The notes below the pieces were generated by a model. The model searched no databases, was not told the origin of the DNA, and saw nothing but the letters and a program-made list of their open reading frames with translations. The position numbers were made by a program, and so were the translations under genes. From a virus (Duplodnaviria > Heunggongvirae > Uroviricota > Caudoviricetes), in IMG/VR virus record IMGVR_UViG_2541047916_000003: a stretch of 44,153 bases of DNA; one strand, given 5' to 3'. Shown here one piece after another: positions 17,017 to 26,741 of this stretch; position 1 is the stretch's first letter, and the number at the start of each line of letters is the position of its first letter.

Positions 17017-17400
17017 ATGCGTGATATTCAGATGGTTCTTGAGCGTTGGGGTGCGTGGGCGGCTAATAATCATGAAGATGTGACCTGGTCGTCCATTGCC
17101 GCCGGTTTTAAGGGATTAATTCCTTCAAAAGTAAAATCTCGCCCGCAATGTTGTGACGATGACGCGATGATCATTTGCGGGTGCATGGCCCGTCTGAAAA
17201 AGAACAACAGCGATTTACACGATTTATTAGTAGATTATTATGTATGTGGTATGACATTCATGTCACTGGCAAGTAAGCATTGCTGCTCGGATGGTTATAT
17301 CGGGAAAAGGTTACAGAAGGCTGAGGGCATAATTGAAGGGATGTTAATGGCATTAGATATCCGGTTAGATATGGATATCGTTGCTAATAATTCTAATTGA
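17017..17400 (+). CDS. Q: Q late-gene antiterminator (DLP12 QuuD-like, non-lambda)
   Basis: 127-aa product from ATG at 17017 resembles DLP12 QuuD as recalled; Cys-rich zinc-binding region [12 protein letters not shown]. Confidence 0.8.
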   Translation: MRDIQMVLERWGAWAANNHEDVTWSSIAAGFKGLIPSKVKSRPQCCDDDAMIICGCMARLKKNNSDLHDLLVDYYVCGMTFMSLASKHCCSDGYIGKRLQKAEGIIEGMLMALDIRLDMDIVANNSN

Positions 17401-17421
17401 TATGCAATTGTTTACTAAAAG

Positions 17422-17451
17422 TTATTAAAAATGGGGCGTGGAAACGCCCCC
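17422..17451 (-). terminator. minus-strand hairpin plus U-tract downstream of the porin gene
   Basis: GGGGCGT-ttcc-ACGCCCC followed by ATTTTTAAT on the minus strand. Confidence 0.4.
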
Positions 17452-17537
17452 AAAATAAAGGGTAATATATAACAGAAGGTTTATATAGTAAGAAGCAAGG
17501 TAGTGCTTCTAAAGGAAGTGGCTTGAGGGCTCCACTT

Positions 17538-17577
17538 ATATGTTGCGGAGGCAAAGCCTCCCGCAACATATCTTTTT
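17538..17577 (+). terminator. strong plus-strand terminator downstream of Q (tR'-like candidate)
   Basis: About 15-bp stem ATATGTTGCGGAGGC-aaa-GCCTCCCGCAACATAT followed by CTTTTT. Confidence 0.5.
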
Positions 17578-17588
17578 CGTAAGTCAGA

Positions 17589-18671
17589 TTAGAACTGATA
17601 AACCAGACCTACAGCGACGATGTCGTCGGTATCAATACCAGCTGTTTTGGTAAACTTACTATCGTCAATTAAGTTGATTTTGTAATCAACAAAAGTGGAC
17701 ATGTTTTTATTAAAGTAGTAAGTAGCACCGACATCGACATACTTGACTAAGTCTCGGTCACCATGAACACCAAGGTCTTTACCTTTTGACTGAAGGTAAG
17801 CAACAGATGGACGCAGACCGAAGTCAAACTGATATTGTGCTACTGCTTCAAAGTTTTGTGCTTTGTTTGCAATATGGTTATTACCAAAAACGGTCATATT
17901 CTGAGTTTCAGAATATGTGGTAGCCAGATAGATATTGTTCGCATCATATTTCAGGCCTGCAGCCCATACTTCCGCATTTTTGCCGGAGGCATTGAATTTG
18001 CTCTTACCATAGGCGACCTGACCGTCAGTGCGATCTGATTTAGCATAGGTTGCACCCACGCCGAATCCTTCATACTCATAAGTAGTGGAGAAACCGAAAC
18101 CATCACCATTGGCTTCAGTTACGTCAGTGCGGTCATTTTTACCCTGATACTGAGCAGCAAAGTTCAGGCCATCGACCAGACCAAAGAAGTCGTTGTTACG
18201 ATAAGTTGCAACACCAGTAGTGCGACCAGTCATGAACACATCTGTTTGGGTCCAGGTATCACCACCGAATTCTGGCAGAACGTCAGTCCACGCACCGATG
18301 TCGTATGCTACACCGTAGTTACGGCCGTAATCGATTGAGCCGTAATCACCAAATTTCAGGCCTGCAAATGCAAGACGGGTTTTGTCTTTGGAAGAACCTT
18401 GAGATTCAGCACGGTTGCCTTTGAATTCATATTCCCACTGACCGAAACCAGTCAGTTGATCGTTGATTTGGGTTTCACCTTTGAAGCCAAGACGGGCATA
18501 AGTAGTATCACCATCATCTGCATCATTAGAGGAGAAGTAGTGCTTGGCATTAACTTTCCCGTATAGATCCAGCTTGTTACTGTCTTTATTATAAATTTCA
18601 GCTGCCTGAGCAGACATCGCCATCAGTACTGATGCAGCTACAGCAGAAATTGCCACTGTTAATTTTTTCAT
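17589..18671 (-). CDS. nmpC: outer-membrane porin (NmpC/Lc/OmpC family) moron
   Basis: Signal peptide [23 protein letters not shown]; ends in ..VGLVYQF beta-barrel terminal motif; uninterrupted; between Q and the lysis genes as in DLP12/PA-2. Confidence 0.9.
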   Translation of the reverse strand: MKKLTVAISAVAASVLMAMSAQAAEIYNKDSNKLDLYGKVNAKHYFSSNDADDGDTTYARLGFKGETQINDQLTGFGQWEYEFKGNRAESQGSSKDKTRLAFAGLKFGDYGSIDYGRNYGVAYDIGAWTDVLPEFGGDTWTQTDVFMTGRTTGVATYRNNDFFGLVDGLNFAAQYQGKNDRTDVTEANGDGFGFSTTYEYEGFGVGATYAKSDRTDGQVAYGKSKFNASGKNAEVWAAGLKYDANNIYLATTYSETQNMTVFGNNHIANKAQNFEAVAQYQFDFGLRPSVAYLQSKGKDLGVHGDRDLVKYVDVGATYYFNKNMSTFVDYKINLIDDSKFTKTAGIDTDDIVAVGLVYQF

Positions 18672-19096
18672 TGTACGCCCTTTTTTTGAACTATTATTAA
18701 AAAATGATGTCACTGCGCGATAAATATTCATCTAATCAATGTGATTATTTCAAGATGTAAGTTTTAGTTTCTCATTTAATTTGTGAAGTAGATCTCTATT
18801 TTTATCTGAACCTTTTCTATCTAATCCTATTCATGGCTCTTGTCTGAACAAAAATAAATCTATTAGCTAATTTATATTAATGGCACTTATTTATAAGTGC
18901 TCTATAATTCTTTAGCTTAATTTAAACAAACTAAAAATAACATCGGAAATTATTAACTGGTTATTTGTTGAAGTTTTCTTATGCATTTGTGGTGGTGTTT
19001 TGAACACTCGGTGGCATTCTCACAAATATCATTTAGTAGTTTACGTACGTAAAAAATTGGTTATGCTGTTAAGAGTGGTTACTTCGTCACACAGCT

Positions 19097-19126
19097 TAAA
19101 CCCGCCGTCGAGCGGGTTTTTCCATT
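19097..19126 (+). terminator. plus-strand hairpin plus U-tract upstream of the holin gene
   Basis: AACCCGC-cgtcga-GCGGGTT followed by TTTTCCATTTTTT; coordinates approximate. Confidence 0.4.
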
Positions 19127-19259
19127 TTTTGAGTCTCGATATTAGCTGATAACCCAATACCTGAGTTATTCACTGACTCCGAATCTGTTACGTTTCTGCC
19201 TTTATTGCGATACGTAGTATCCCCTTAATTTACACCCGCTTTGTCTGCGAGGTGGGGTT

Positions 19260-19475
19260 ATGAAATCCATGGATAAGTTAACAACGGGTGTCGCCTATGG
19301 TACCTCAGCAGGTAGTGCCGGGTACTGGTTTTTACAGTTGCTCGATAAAGTCACGCCCTCACAGTGGGCGGCAATAGGTGTGCTGGGTAGCCTGGTATTT
19401 GGCCTGCTGACGTACCTGACAAACCTTTATTTCAAGATTAAAGAAGATAAGCGCAAGGCTGCGAGAGGTGAATAA
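19260..19475 (+). CDS. S: holin with dual-start motif (phage 21 S-like pinholin)
   Basis: 71-aa product with two TM segments; N-terminus MKSMDK provides Met1-Lys-Ser-Met4 dual start; resembles phage 21 S as recalled. Confidence 0.85.
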
Positions 19476-19972
19476 TGCCTCCATCATTACGAAAAGCCGT
19501 TGCTGCTGCTATTGGTGGCGGAGCAATTGCTATAGCATCAGTGTTAATCACTGGCCCAAGTGGTAACGATGGTCTGGAAGGTGTCAGCTACATACCATAC
19601 AAAGATATTGTTGGTGTATGGACTGTATGTCACGGGCATACAGGAAAAGACATCATGCTCGGTAAAACGTATACCAAAGCAGAATGCAAAGCCCTCCTGA
19701 ATAAAGACCTTGCCACGGTCGCCAGACAAATTAACCCGTACATCAAAGTCGATATACCGGAAACAATGCGCGGCGCTCTTTACTCATTCGTTTACAACGT
19801 GGGTGCTGGCAATTTCAGAACATCGACGCTTCTTCGCAAAATAAACCAGGGCGATATCAAAGGCGCATGTGATCAGCTACGTCGCTGGACATATGCTGGC
19901 GGTAAGCAATGGAAAGGTCTCATGACTCGTCGTGAGATTGAGCGTGAAATCTGTTTGTGGGGTCAGCAATGA
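19475..19972 (+). CDS. R: SAR endolysin (lysozyme with N-terminal signal-anchor-release domain)
   Basis: 165-aa product; Gly/Ala-rich hydrophobic N-terminus [18 protein letters not shown] then a T4-lysozyme-like domain; start overlaps holin stop. Confidence 0.85.
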   Translation: MPPSLRKAVAAAIGGGAIAIASVLITGPSGNDGLEGVSYIPYKDIVGVWTVCHGHTGKDIMLGKTYTKAECKALLNKDLATVARQINPYIKVDIPETMRGALYSFVYNVGAGNFRTSTLLRKINQGDIKGACDQLRRWTYAGGKQWKGLMTRREIEREICLWGQQ

Positions 19973-20430
19973 ACAGAGTAACCGCGATTATCTCCGCTCT
20001 GGTTATCTGCATCATCGTCTGCCTGTCATGGGCTGTTAATCATTACCGTGATAACGCCATTACCTACAAAGCCCAGCGCGACAAAAATGCCAGAGAACTG
20101 ACGCTGGCGAACGCGGCAATTACTGACATACAGATGCGTCAGCGTGATGTTGCTGCGCTCGATGCAAAATACACGAAGGAGTTAGCTGATGCGAAAGCTG
20201 AAAATGATGCTCTGCGTGATGATGTTGCCGCTGGTCGTCGTCGGTTGCACATCAAAGCAGTCTGTCAGTCAGTGCGTGAAGCCACCACCGCCTCCGGCGT
20301 GGATAATGCAGCCTCCCCCCGACTGGCAGACACCGCTGAACGGGATTATTTCACCCTCAGAGAGAGGCTGATCACTATGCAAAAACAACTGGAAGGAACC
20401 CAGAAGTATATTAATGAGCAGTGCAGATAG
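19969..20430 (+). CDS. Rz: Rz i-spanin
   Basis: ATG at 19969 overlaps endolysin stop; N-terminal TM segment then coiled-coil periplasmic domain. Confidence 0.8.
   Translation: MNRVTAIISALVICIIVCLSWAVNHYRDNAITYKAQRDKNARELTLANAAITDIQMRQRDVAALDAKYTKELADAKAENDALRDDVAAGRRRLHIKAVCQSVREATTASGVDNAASPRLADTAERDYFTLRERLITMQKQLEGTQKYINEQCR
20189..20371 (+). CDS. Rz1: Rz1 o-spanin lipoprotein (embedded in Rz, +1 frame)
   Basis: 60-aa ORF inside Rz; lipobox LVVVGC; proline-rich; AAGGAG ribosome-binding site upstream. Confidence 0.75.
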   Translation: MRKLKMMLCVMMLPLVVVGCTSKQSVSQCVKPPPPPAWIMQPPPDWQTPLNGIISPSERG

Positions 20431-20461
20431 AGCTGCCCATATCGATGGGCAACTCATGCAA

Positions 20462-20755
20462 TTATTGTGAGCAATACACACGCGCTTCCAGCGGAGTATA
20501 AATGCCTAAAGTAATAAAACCGAGCAATCCATTTACGAATGTTTGCTGGGTTTCTGTTTTAACAACATTTTCTGCACCACCACAAATTTTTGCTGCATCG
20601 ACAGTTTTCTTCTGCCCAATTCCCGAAACGAAGAAATGATGGGTGATGGTTTCCTTTGGTGTTACTGCTGTAGGTTTGTTTCCAACAGTAAACGTCTGTT
20701 GAGCACATCCTGTAATAAGCATTGCCAGAGCGGCAGAAAACAACATTTTTTTCAT
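20462..20755 (-). CDS. bor: Bor serum-resistance lipoprotein
   Basis: 97-aa product from ATG at 20755 (MKKMLFSAALAMLITGCAQQTF...) matches lambda Bor as recalled; lipobox ITGC. Confidence 0.9.
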   Translation of the reverse strand: MKKMLFSAALAMLITGCAQQTFTVGNKPTAVTPKETITHHFFVSGIGQKKTVDAAKICGGAENVVKTETQQTFVNGLLGFITLGIYTPLEARVYCSQ

Positions 20756-21235
20756 CTTATTATCCTGCATTGTTAAAAACGGCAGAATCCTATGTGACAA
20801 CAATTAAACGATAGTTAAATGGATTGATGAAAATTAAAACTACACAGGTGGGCTCAGACTATTGGAGGAAGTTGGGGACACTCAGAATCCTGTGGAATGA
20901 AATAAACCGGTCTATCCGTCCATTACCCTTTTAGCTGCGCTGTATCGTCGCCGTATTCCCGCATTAACCATGACCGTAGCCCGACGGGGAATTCCTTCTG
21001 CGTGAGTGTGCGGGAATAATTAAAAACGATGCACACCGGGTTTTTACCGCGTTAATGATTCGCGGGTTTATCCCGGTGCGATGGTGGAAGAAACAGGAAG
21101 CTGTATTACAGAAAGTGCTACTACTGTATCCCGATGCGATGTATGTAATGTGAGTCAGATAATGGCACAGGATGTGGTGATGTGGCAGTCTGGAACACAG
21201 GATATATTGTCAGAATAAGACCCGTAGGAATAAAA

Positions 21236-21562
21236 ATGAAAAGACGCCTTTTACTACTTTTTCTGTTATCTGTCCTGGCAGTGGGATGCTCGCAGCAAAA
21301 AGCTGATGAGCCCCGGCAATTAGTGACGGTGTATCCACGATATCCGGAATATGCTGCAGCAAATTATATCAAGGGGCTGGTTGAGGTTAAGTTCGATATT
21401 GGTGCTGATGGGACTGTGACACGGATCGTTTTTCTCCGCTCAGAGCCTCATAATTTGTTTCGTGATGAAGTGGTGAAGGCCATGGCGAAATGGCGATTTG
21501 AAAAGAATCGCCCCTGTCAGGGAGTGAAGAGACAATTTATCTTTACGCCGTCACGTCCTTGA
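21236..21562 (+). CDS. lipoprotein with TonB-C-like domain
   Basis: Signal peptide plus lipobox (LAVGCSQ); YPRYPEYAAANYIKGLVEVKFDIGADGTV fits the TonB C-terminal pattern. Confidence 0.65.
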   Translation: MKRRLLLLFLLSVLAVGCSQQKADEPRQLVTVYPRYPEYAAANYIKGLVEVKFDIGADGTVTRIVFLRSEPHNLFRDEVVKAMAKWRFEKNRPCQGVKRQFIFTPSRP

Positions 21563-21925
21563 TGCTTCCAGGTAGAGAGGGGCTGGAAGCAGGAGAAAAA
21601 TGAAAGAGCCAGCGGTTATATTTTTGTCATGGCTGACGAGGAATGATGGAAGAAGGCGTTGTATGCCACACAACGCCTCACTGTTCATTTCTTCTTTTTC
21701 TCTGGTGGAACCCGATGAATAAGAGTTGCACTGGTTTCCGATGAGATGGCGATATACTCGGGCAAAGTATGCTGGCAGTTTTCCAACTGGTCAAAAATAC
21801 CTGCTCTCGTCTGTTGCAATGCCTGCAGCATGCGGCGGCAATGCGCCTTGCTTTTACTAACCATCTTTCCTTCCTCTATCAGTCGCTGCGTGAACTCATC
21901 ATGGAATACCAGGTAAATGCGGATG

Positions 21926-22177
21926 TTATCGGTTTTGGCTACGCAGCATAGTACAAAACGGACAGGTGCATCCCGGGACGGGGGAGGCGTCACATGTCCC
22001 TGTGATGGTTGTTCCGGGTAATGTACTGTGTGGGGCATAAAAATGTCCGATAATTTTACTTTCTACCGCAGTTAGTTGATTCGTTGGTCCTGGTAGCACA
22101 TTGGGCGAGGATTTAAATGCCAGGCAACTGAAGGATGATGTCGCAAGGGAGATAGCGAGAATATTTCTGATTTTCAT
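21926..22177 (-). CDS. small putative secreted protein
   Basis: ATG at 22177 gives MKIRNILAISLATSSFSCLA signal-peptide-like N-terminus; overlaps a second ORF (21685-22038) in another frame. Confidence 0.3.
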   Translation of the reverse strand: MKIRNILAISLATSSFSCLAFKSSPNVLPGPTNQLTAVESKIIGHFYAPHSTLPGTTITGTCDASPVPGCTCPFCTMLRSQNR

Positions 22178-22325
22178 TTGATGATGCCTCTGTGTGAAAT
22201 GACGGTAAACGACGCACTTGTGCCGGCACATAATAGCAAGCACCATAATAGATCAGATTCGATTCTTGCTGTAAGTGATAATTATTCTCGTTTTCGGGTC
22301 CTTTCCGTCGATCCAACAGGTTACG

Positions 22326-22337
22326 GGGCGGCGACCT
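22326..22337 (+). other. cos: cosN cohesive-end sequence
   Basis: GGGCGGCGACCT followed by CGCGGTTTTTCACTATTTATGAAAATTTT, matching the lambda left end as recalled; lies 188 nt upstream of the Nu1 start, as in lambda. Confidence 0.85.
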
Positions 22338-22513
22338 CGCGGTTTTTCACTATTTATGAAAATTTTTCAGGGAAAATCGTGTCGGTACTTCTCGAATATA
22401 ACTTTTTGTTTTTTTTAATATTGCATCCGTAAAGGTCCGACATGAAAGTGTCCGAAAATGCCTTTTTCTGGCGTTTTCATGTCGGGCCTTGTATTTGATA
22501 ATGGGTTGTTTTC

Positions 22514-23062
22514 ATGAAGGTTAATAAAAAGAGGCTTGCCGAAATTTTCAACGTGGACCCGCGGACGATTGAACGCTGGCAGTCTCAGGGACTCCCTTGC
22601 GCCTCCAAAGGTAGTAAGGGCATTGAATCTGTATTTGATACTGCCATGGCAATTCAGTGGTATGCGCAGAGGGAAACTGATATCGAAAACGAAAAGCTCC
22701 GCAAAGAACTGGACGATTTGCGTGCGGCAGCGGAGTCAGATTTACAACCCGGCACCATTGACTATGAACGCTACCGGCTCACAAAAGCGCAGGCAGATGC
22801 GCAGGAACTGAAAAATGCCCGTGAAGACGGAGTAGTGCTGGAAACTGAACTGTTTACCTTCATTCTGCAACGTGTGGCACAGGAGATTTCGGGGATACTT
22901 GTGCGTGTGCCGTTGACATTACAGCGTAAATATCCGGACATTTCACCATCACACCTTGATGTGGTGAAAACTGAAATCGCGAAAGCCTCCAATGTTGCAG
23001 CTAAGGCCGGTGAAAACGTGGGCGGGTGGATCGATGATTTCAGACGCGCAGAAGGCAGCTAA
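22514..23062 (+). CDS. nu1: terminase small subunit
   Basis: 182-aa ORF; N-terminal winged-HTH region and central ..IENEKLR..DLQPGTI.. resemble lambda Nu1. Confidence 0.9.
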
Positions 23063-24962
23063 TGCAGCCGGTGCGATAGCTACAGGGCTTTTATCTCTCA
23101 TTATTCCTGTTCCACTGACGACAGTTCAGTGGGCCAATAAACATTATTACCTTCCTAAAGAGTCGTCTTATACCCCGGGGCGATGGGAAACACTGCCGTT
23201 TCAGGTTGGCATCATGAACTGTATGGGCAACGATCTGATTCGCACGGTTAACCTGATTAAATCTGCCCGTGTTGGTTATACAAAGATGTTGCTGGGAGTG
23301 GAGGCTTATTTTATTGAGCATAAATCACGCAACAGCCTTCTTTTTCAGCCCACGGACTCAGCTGCTGAAGATTTTATGAAATCTCATGTTGAGCCAACGA
23401 TAAGGGATGTTCCTGCATTGCTGGAGCTGGCTCCATGGTTCGGAAGAAAACACCGCGATAATACGCTCACCCTGAAGCGTTTTTCCTCCGGTGTGGGGTT
23501 CTGGTGTCTGGGTGGTGCGGCAGCAAAAAACTACCGTGAAAAATCCGTGGATGTGGTCTGTTATGACGAGCTTTCCTCGTTCGAACCGGATGTTGAAAAA
23601 GAGGGTTCGCCAACCCTGCTGGGGGATAAACGTATTGAGGGCTCTGTATGGCCAAAATCCATTCGCGGCTCGACGCCTAAAATCAAAGGCTCCTGCCAGA
23701 TCGAAAAAGCCGCTAACGAGTCGGCACACTTCATGCGTTTTTATGTGCCCTGTCCGCACTGTGGGGAGGAGCAGTATCTGAAATTTGGCGATGATGCCTC
23801 GCCTTTCGGTCTTAAGTGGGAGAAGAATAAGCCAGAAAGTGTTTTCTACCTTTGTGAGCATCATGGCTGTGTGATCCATCAGTCTGAGCTTGACCAGAGT
23901 AACGGGCGGTGGATCTGTGAAAACACGGGCATGTGGACCCGTGACGGCCTGATGTTTTTCAGCGCCCGGGGTGATGAAATTCCGCCGCCGCGCTCCATCA
24001 CTTTCCATATCTGGACGGCGTACAGTCCGTTCACCACCTGGGTACAGATTGTCTATGACTGGCTGGATGCACTGAAAGATCCCAACGGCCTGAAAACCTT
24101 TGTGAACACCACGCTGGGCGAGACCTGGGAAGAGGCTGTGGGCGAAAAACTCGATCACCAGGTGCTGATGGATAAGGTTGTGCGTTACACGGCGGCGGTG
24201 CCTGCCCGGGTGGTTTATCTGACGGCGGGCATTGACTCGCAGCGAAACCGTTTTGAGATGTATGTCTGGGGATGGGCTCCGGGAGAGGAAGCCTTTCTGG
24301 TGGATAAAATCATCATTATGGGGCGTCCCGATGAGGAAGAGACGCTGTTACGTGTGGATGCGGCGATCAACAAAAAATACCGCCATGCAGACGGAACCGA
24401 AATGACCATTTCCCGTGTCTGCTGGGACATCGGGGGGATCGATGGCGAAATCGTTTATCAGAGGTCAAAAAAACACGGTGTTTTCCGGGTGCTGCCGGTA
24501 AAAGGCGCATCTGTCTATGGCAAGCCGGTGATCACCATGCCAAAAACCCGCAATCAGCGGGGCGTGTATCTGTGTGAAGTGGGGACGGACACCGCAAAAG
24601 AAATTCTCTATGCCCGTATGAAAGCCGATCCCACGCCTGTGGATGAAGCCACGTCGTATGCTATCCGTTTTCCTGATGATCCGGAGATTTTTTCGCAGAC
24701 AGAGGCGCAGCAACTGGTCGCGGAAGAGCTTGTGGAGAAGTGGGAAAAAGGAAAGATGCGTCTGCTGTGGGATAACAAAAAGCGGCGTAACGAAGCGCTG
24801 GACTGCCTGGTGTATGCCTACGCGGCATTACGTGTGTCCGTGCAACGCTGGCAGCTTGATCTGGCTGTACTGGCAAAATCCCGGGAAGAAGAGACGACCC
24901 GGCCAACCCTTAAAGAACTGGCAGCGAAGCTGTCCGGAGGAGTGAATGGTTACAGTCGCTGA
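23034..24962 (+). CDS. A: terminase large subunit
   Basis: Strong similarity to lambda gpA as recalled (..[43 protein letters not shown]..); ATG at 23034 overlaps the Nu1 3' end. Confidence 0.95.
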
Positions 24963-25152
24963 ACTGCAGGCGCTGCGTCAGGCGCGCCTTGATTTATTAA
25001 CCGGTAAACGGGTGGTGTCTGTCCAGAAAGATGGTCGCAGAATTGAATATACGGCGGCTTCTCTGGATGAGCTTAACCGGGCGATCAATGATGCGGAGTC
25101 GGTACTGGGGACAACCCGGTGTCGCCGTCGTCCGCTGGGAGTGAGGTTATGA
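24946..25152 (+). CDS. W: head-tail joining protein W
   Basis: 68-aa product with ..LTGKRVVSVQKDGRRIEYTAAS.. resembling lambda gpW. Confidence 0.85.
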   Translation: MVTVAELQALRQARLDLLTGKRVVSVQKDGRRIEYTAASLDELNRAINDAESVLGTTRCRRRPLGVRL

Positions 25153-26741
25153 AACGAACGCCTGTCCTGATTGATGTGAACGGCGTTCCGCTTCGTGAGA
25201 GTCTCAGCTACAACGGGGGCGGTGCAGGATTTGGCGGGCAAATGGCTGAGTGGTTGCCACCGGCGCAGAGTGCCGATGCGGCCCTGCTGCCCGCGTTGCG
25301 TCTGGGGAATGCCCGGGCAGATGATCTGGTGCGCAATAACGGAATAGCGGCTAATGCGGTGGCTCTGCATAAGGATCACATTGTCGGGCATATGTTTCTG
25401 ATCAGCTACCGTCCGAACTGGCGCTGGCTGGGGATGCGGGAGACCGCAGCAAAAAGCTTTGTCGATGAGGTGGAGGCGGCCTGGTCGGAATACGCCGAAG
25501 GGATGTTTGGCGAGATCGACGTGGAAGGAAAACGCACGTTCACGGAATTTATCCGTGAAGGTGTGGGCGTTCATGCGTTTAACGGCGAAATCTTTGTGCA
25601 GCCGGTCTGGGATACGGAAACCACGCAGTTATTCCGTACGCGTTTTAAAGCCGTGAGTCCGAAACGGGTGGACACGCCTGGACACGGTATGGGGAACCGT
25701 TTTCTGCGGGCCGGTGTGGAGGTCGATCGATATGGCCGTGCCGTCGCGTACCATATCTGTGAGGATGATTTTCCGTTCTCTGGTAGTGGACGATGGGAAC
25801 GGATCCCGCGTGAACTTCCCACCGGGCGTCCGGCCATGCTGCATATTTTCGAGCCGGTGGAGGACGGGCAGACCCGTGGGGCTAATCAGTTTTACAGCGT
25901 CATGGAACGGCTGAAGATGCTCGATTCCCTGCAGGCAACACAGCTTCAGTCGGCCATAGTGAAGGCGATGTATGCAGCGACGATTGAAAGTGAACTTGAT
26001 ACCGAAAAGGCCTTTGAATATATCGCCGGCGCGCCACAGGAGCAGAAGGATAATCCGCTTATTAATATTCTGGAGAAGTTTTCCAGCTGGTATGACACGA
26101 ATAACGTGACACTGGGCGGTGTCAAAATTCCGCACCTTTTCCCTGGTGATGATCTGAAACTACAGACTGCGCAGGATTCAGACAATGGATTTTCTGCGCT
26201 TGAACAGGCGCTGCTGCGGTATATCGCCGCCGGTCTTGGCGTTTCCTACGAACAGTTGTCCCGTGATTACTCGAAGGTCAGTTACTCAAGTGCCCGCGCC
26301 TCCGCCAATGAGTCGTGGCGCTATTTTATGGGGCGGCGAAAATTTATTGCGGCCCGGCTGGCCACGCAGATGTTTTCCTGCTGGCTGGAAGAGGCACTTC
26401 TTCGGGGGATTATTCGTCCGCCACGGGCACGTTTTGATTTTTATCAGGCGCGATCAGCCTGGTCACGGGCAGAGTGGATTGGTGCCGGAAGAATGGCCAT
26501 TGACGGGCTCAAGGAAGTCCAGGAATCAGTGATGCGCATTGAGGCCGGACTGAGCACGTATGAGAAAGAGCTGGCGCTGATGGGCGAGGATTATCAGGAC
26601 ATTTTCCGCCAGCAGGTCAGGGAATCTGCTGAGCGGCAAAAAGCCGGACTCTCACGTCCGGTGTGGATAGAGCAGGCGTATCAGCAGCAGATAGCGGAGA
26701 GTCGTAGGCCGGAAGAGGAGACAACACCACGTGAGACGTAA
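25149..26741 (+). CDS. B: portal protein
   Basis: 530-aa product from ATG at 25149 (ATGA overlap with W) in the lambda gpB position; family assigned by gene order and size. Confidence 0.9.
   Translation: MKRTPVLIDVNGVPLRESLSYNGGGAGFGGQMAEWLPPAQSADAALLPALRLGNARADDLVRNNGIAANAVALHKDHIVGHMFLISYRPNWRWLGMRETAAKSFVDEVEAAWSEYAEGMFGEIDVEGKRTFTEFIREGVGVHAFNGEIFVQPVWDTETTQLFRTRFKAVSPKRVDTPGHGMGNRFLRAGVEVDRYGRAVAYHICEDDFPFSGSGRWERIPRELPTGRPAMLHIFEPVEDGQTRGANQFYSVMERLKMLDSLQATQLQSAIVKAMYAATIESELDTEKAFEYIAGAPQEQKDNPLINILEKFSSWYDTNNVTLGGVKIPHLFPGDDLKLQTAQDSDNGFSALEQALLRYIAAGLGVSYEQLSRDYSKVSYSSARASANESWRYFMGRRKFIAARLATQMFSCWLEEALLRGIIRPPRARFDFYQARSAWSRAEWIGAGRMAIDGLKEVQESVMRIEAGLSTYEKELALMGEDYQDIFRQQVRESAERQKAGLSRPVWIEQAYQQQIAESRRPEEETTPRET

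Noticed and set aside
17401-17588. Possible tRNA genes downstream of Q
   Set aside because: The segment contains two simple hairpins with flanking T-tracts (terminators) but nothing with cloverleaf-compatible length or arrangement. No tRNA was recognised by eye anywhere in the window; a tRNAscan run would be needed to be sure.
17589-18731. Extended 380-aa porin ORF starting at 18731
   Set aside because: The extra 20 N-terminal residues precede a canonical signal peptide beginning MKKLTVAIS; the start at 18671 is far more plausible.
22178-22432. 84-aa plus-strand ORF
   Set aside because: It spans the cosN cohesive-end site and the cosB region upstream of Nu1, which is non-coding in lambda; no ribosome-binding site.
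23358-24158. 266-aa minus-strand ORF
   Set aside because: Antisense to the terminase large subunit gene, which is confidently identified; no ribosome-binding site or family resemblance.
25629-26135. 168-aa minus-strand ORF and neighbouring short ORFs
   Set aside because: Antisense to or overlapping the portal gene B; considered chance ORFs.
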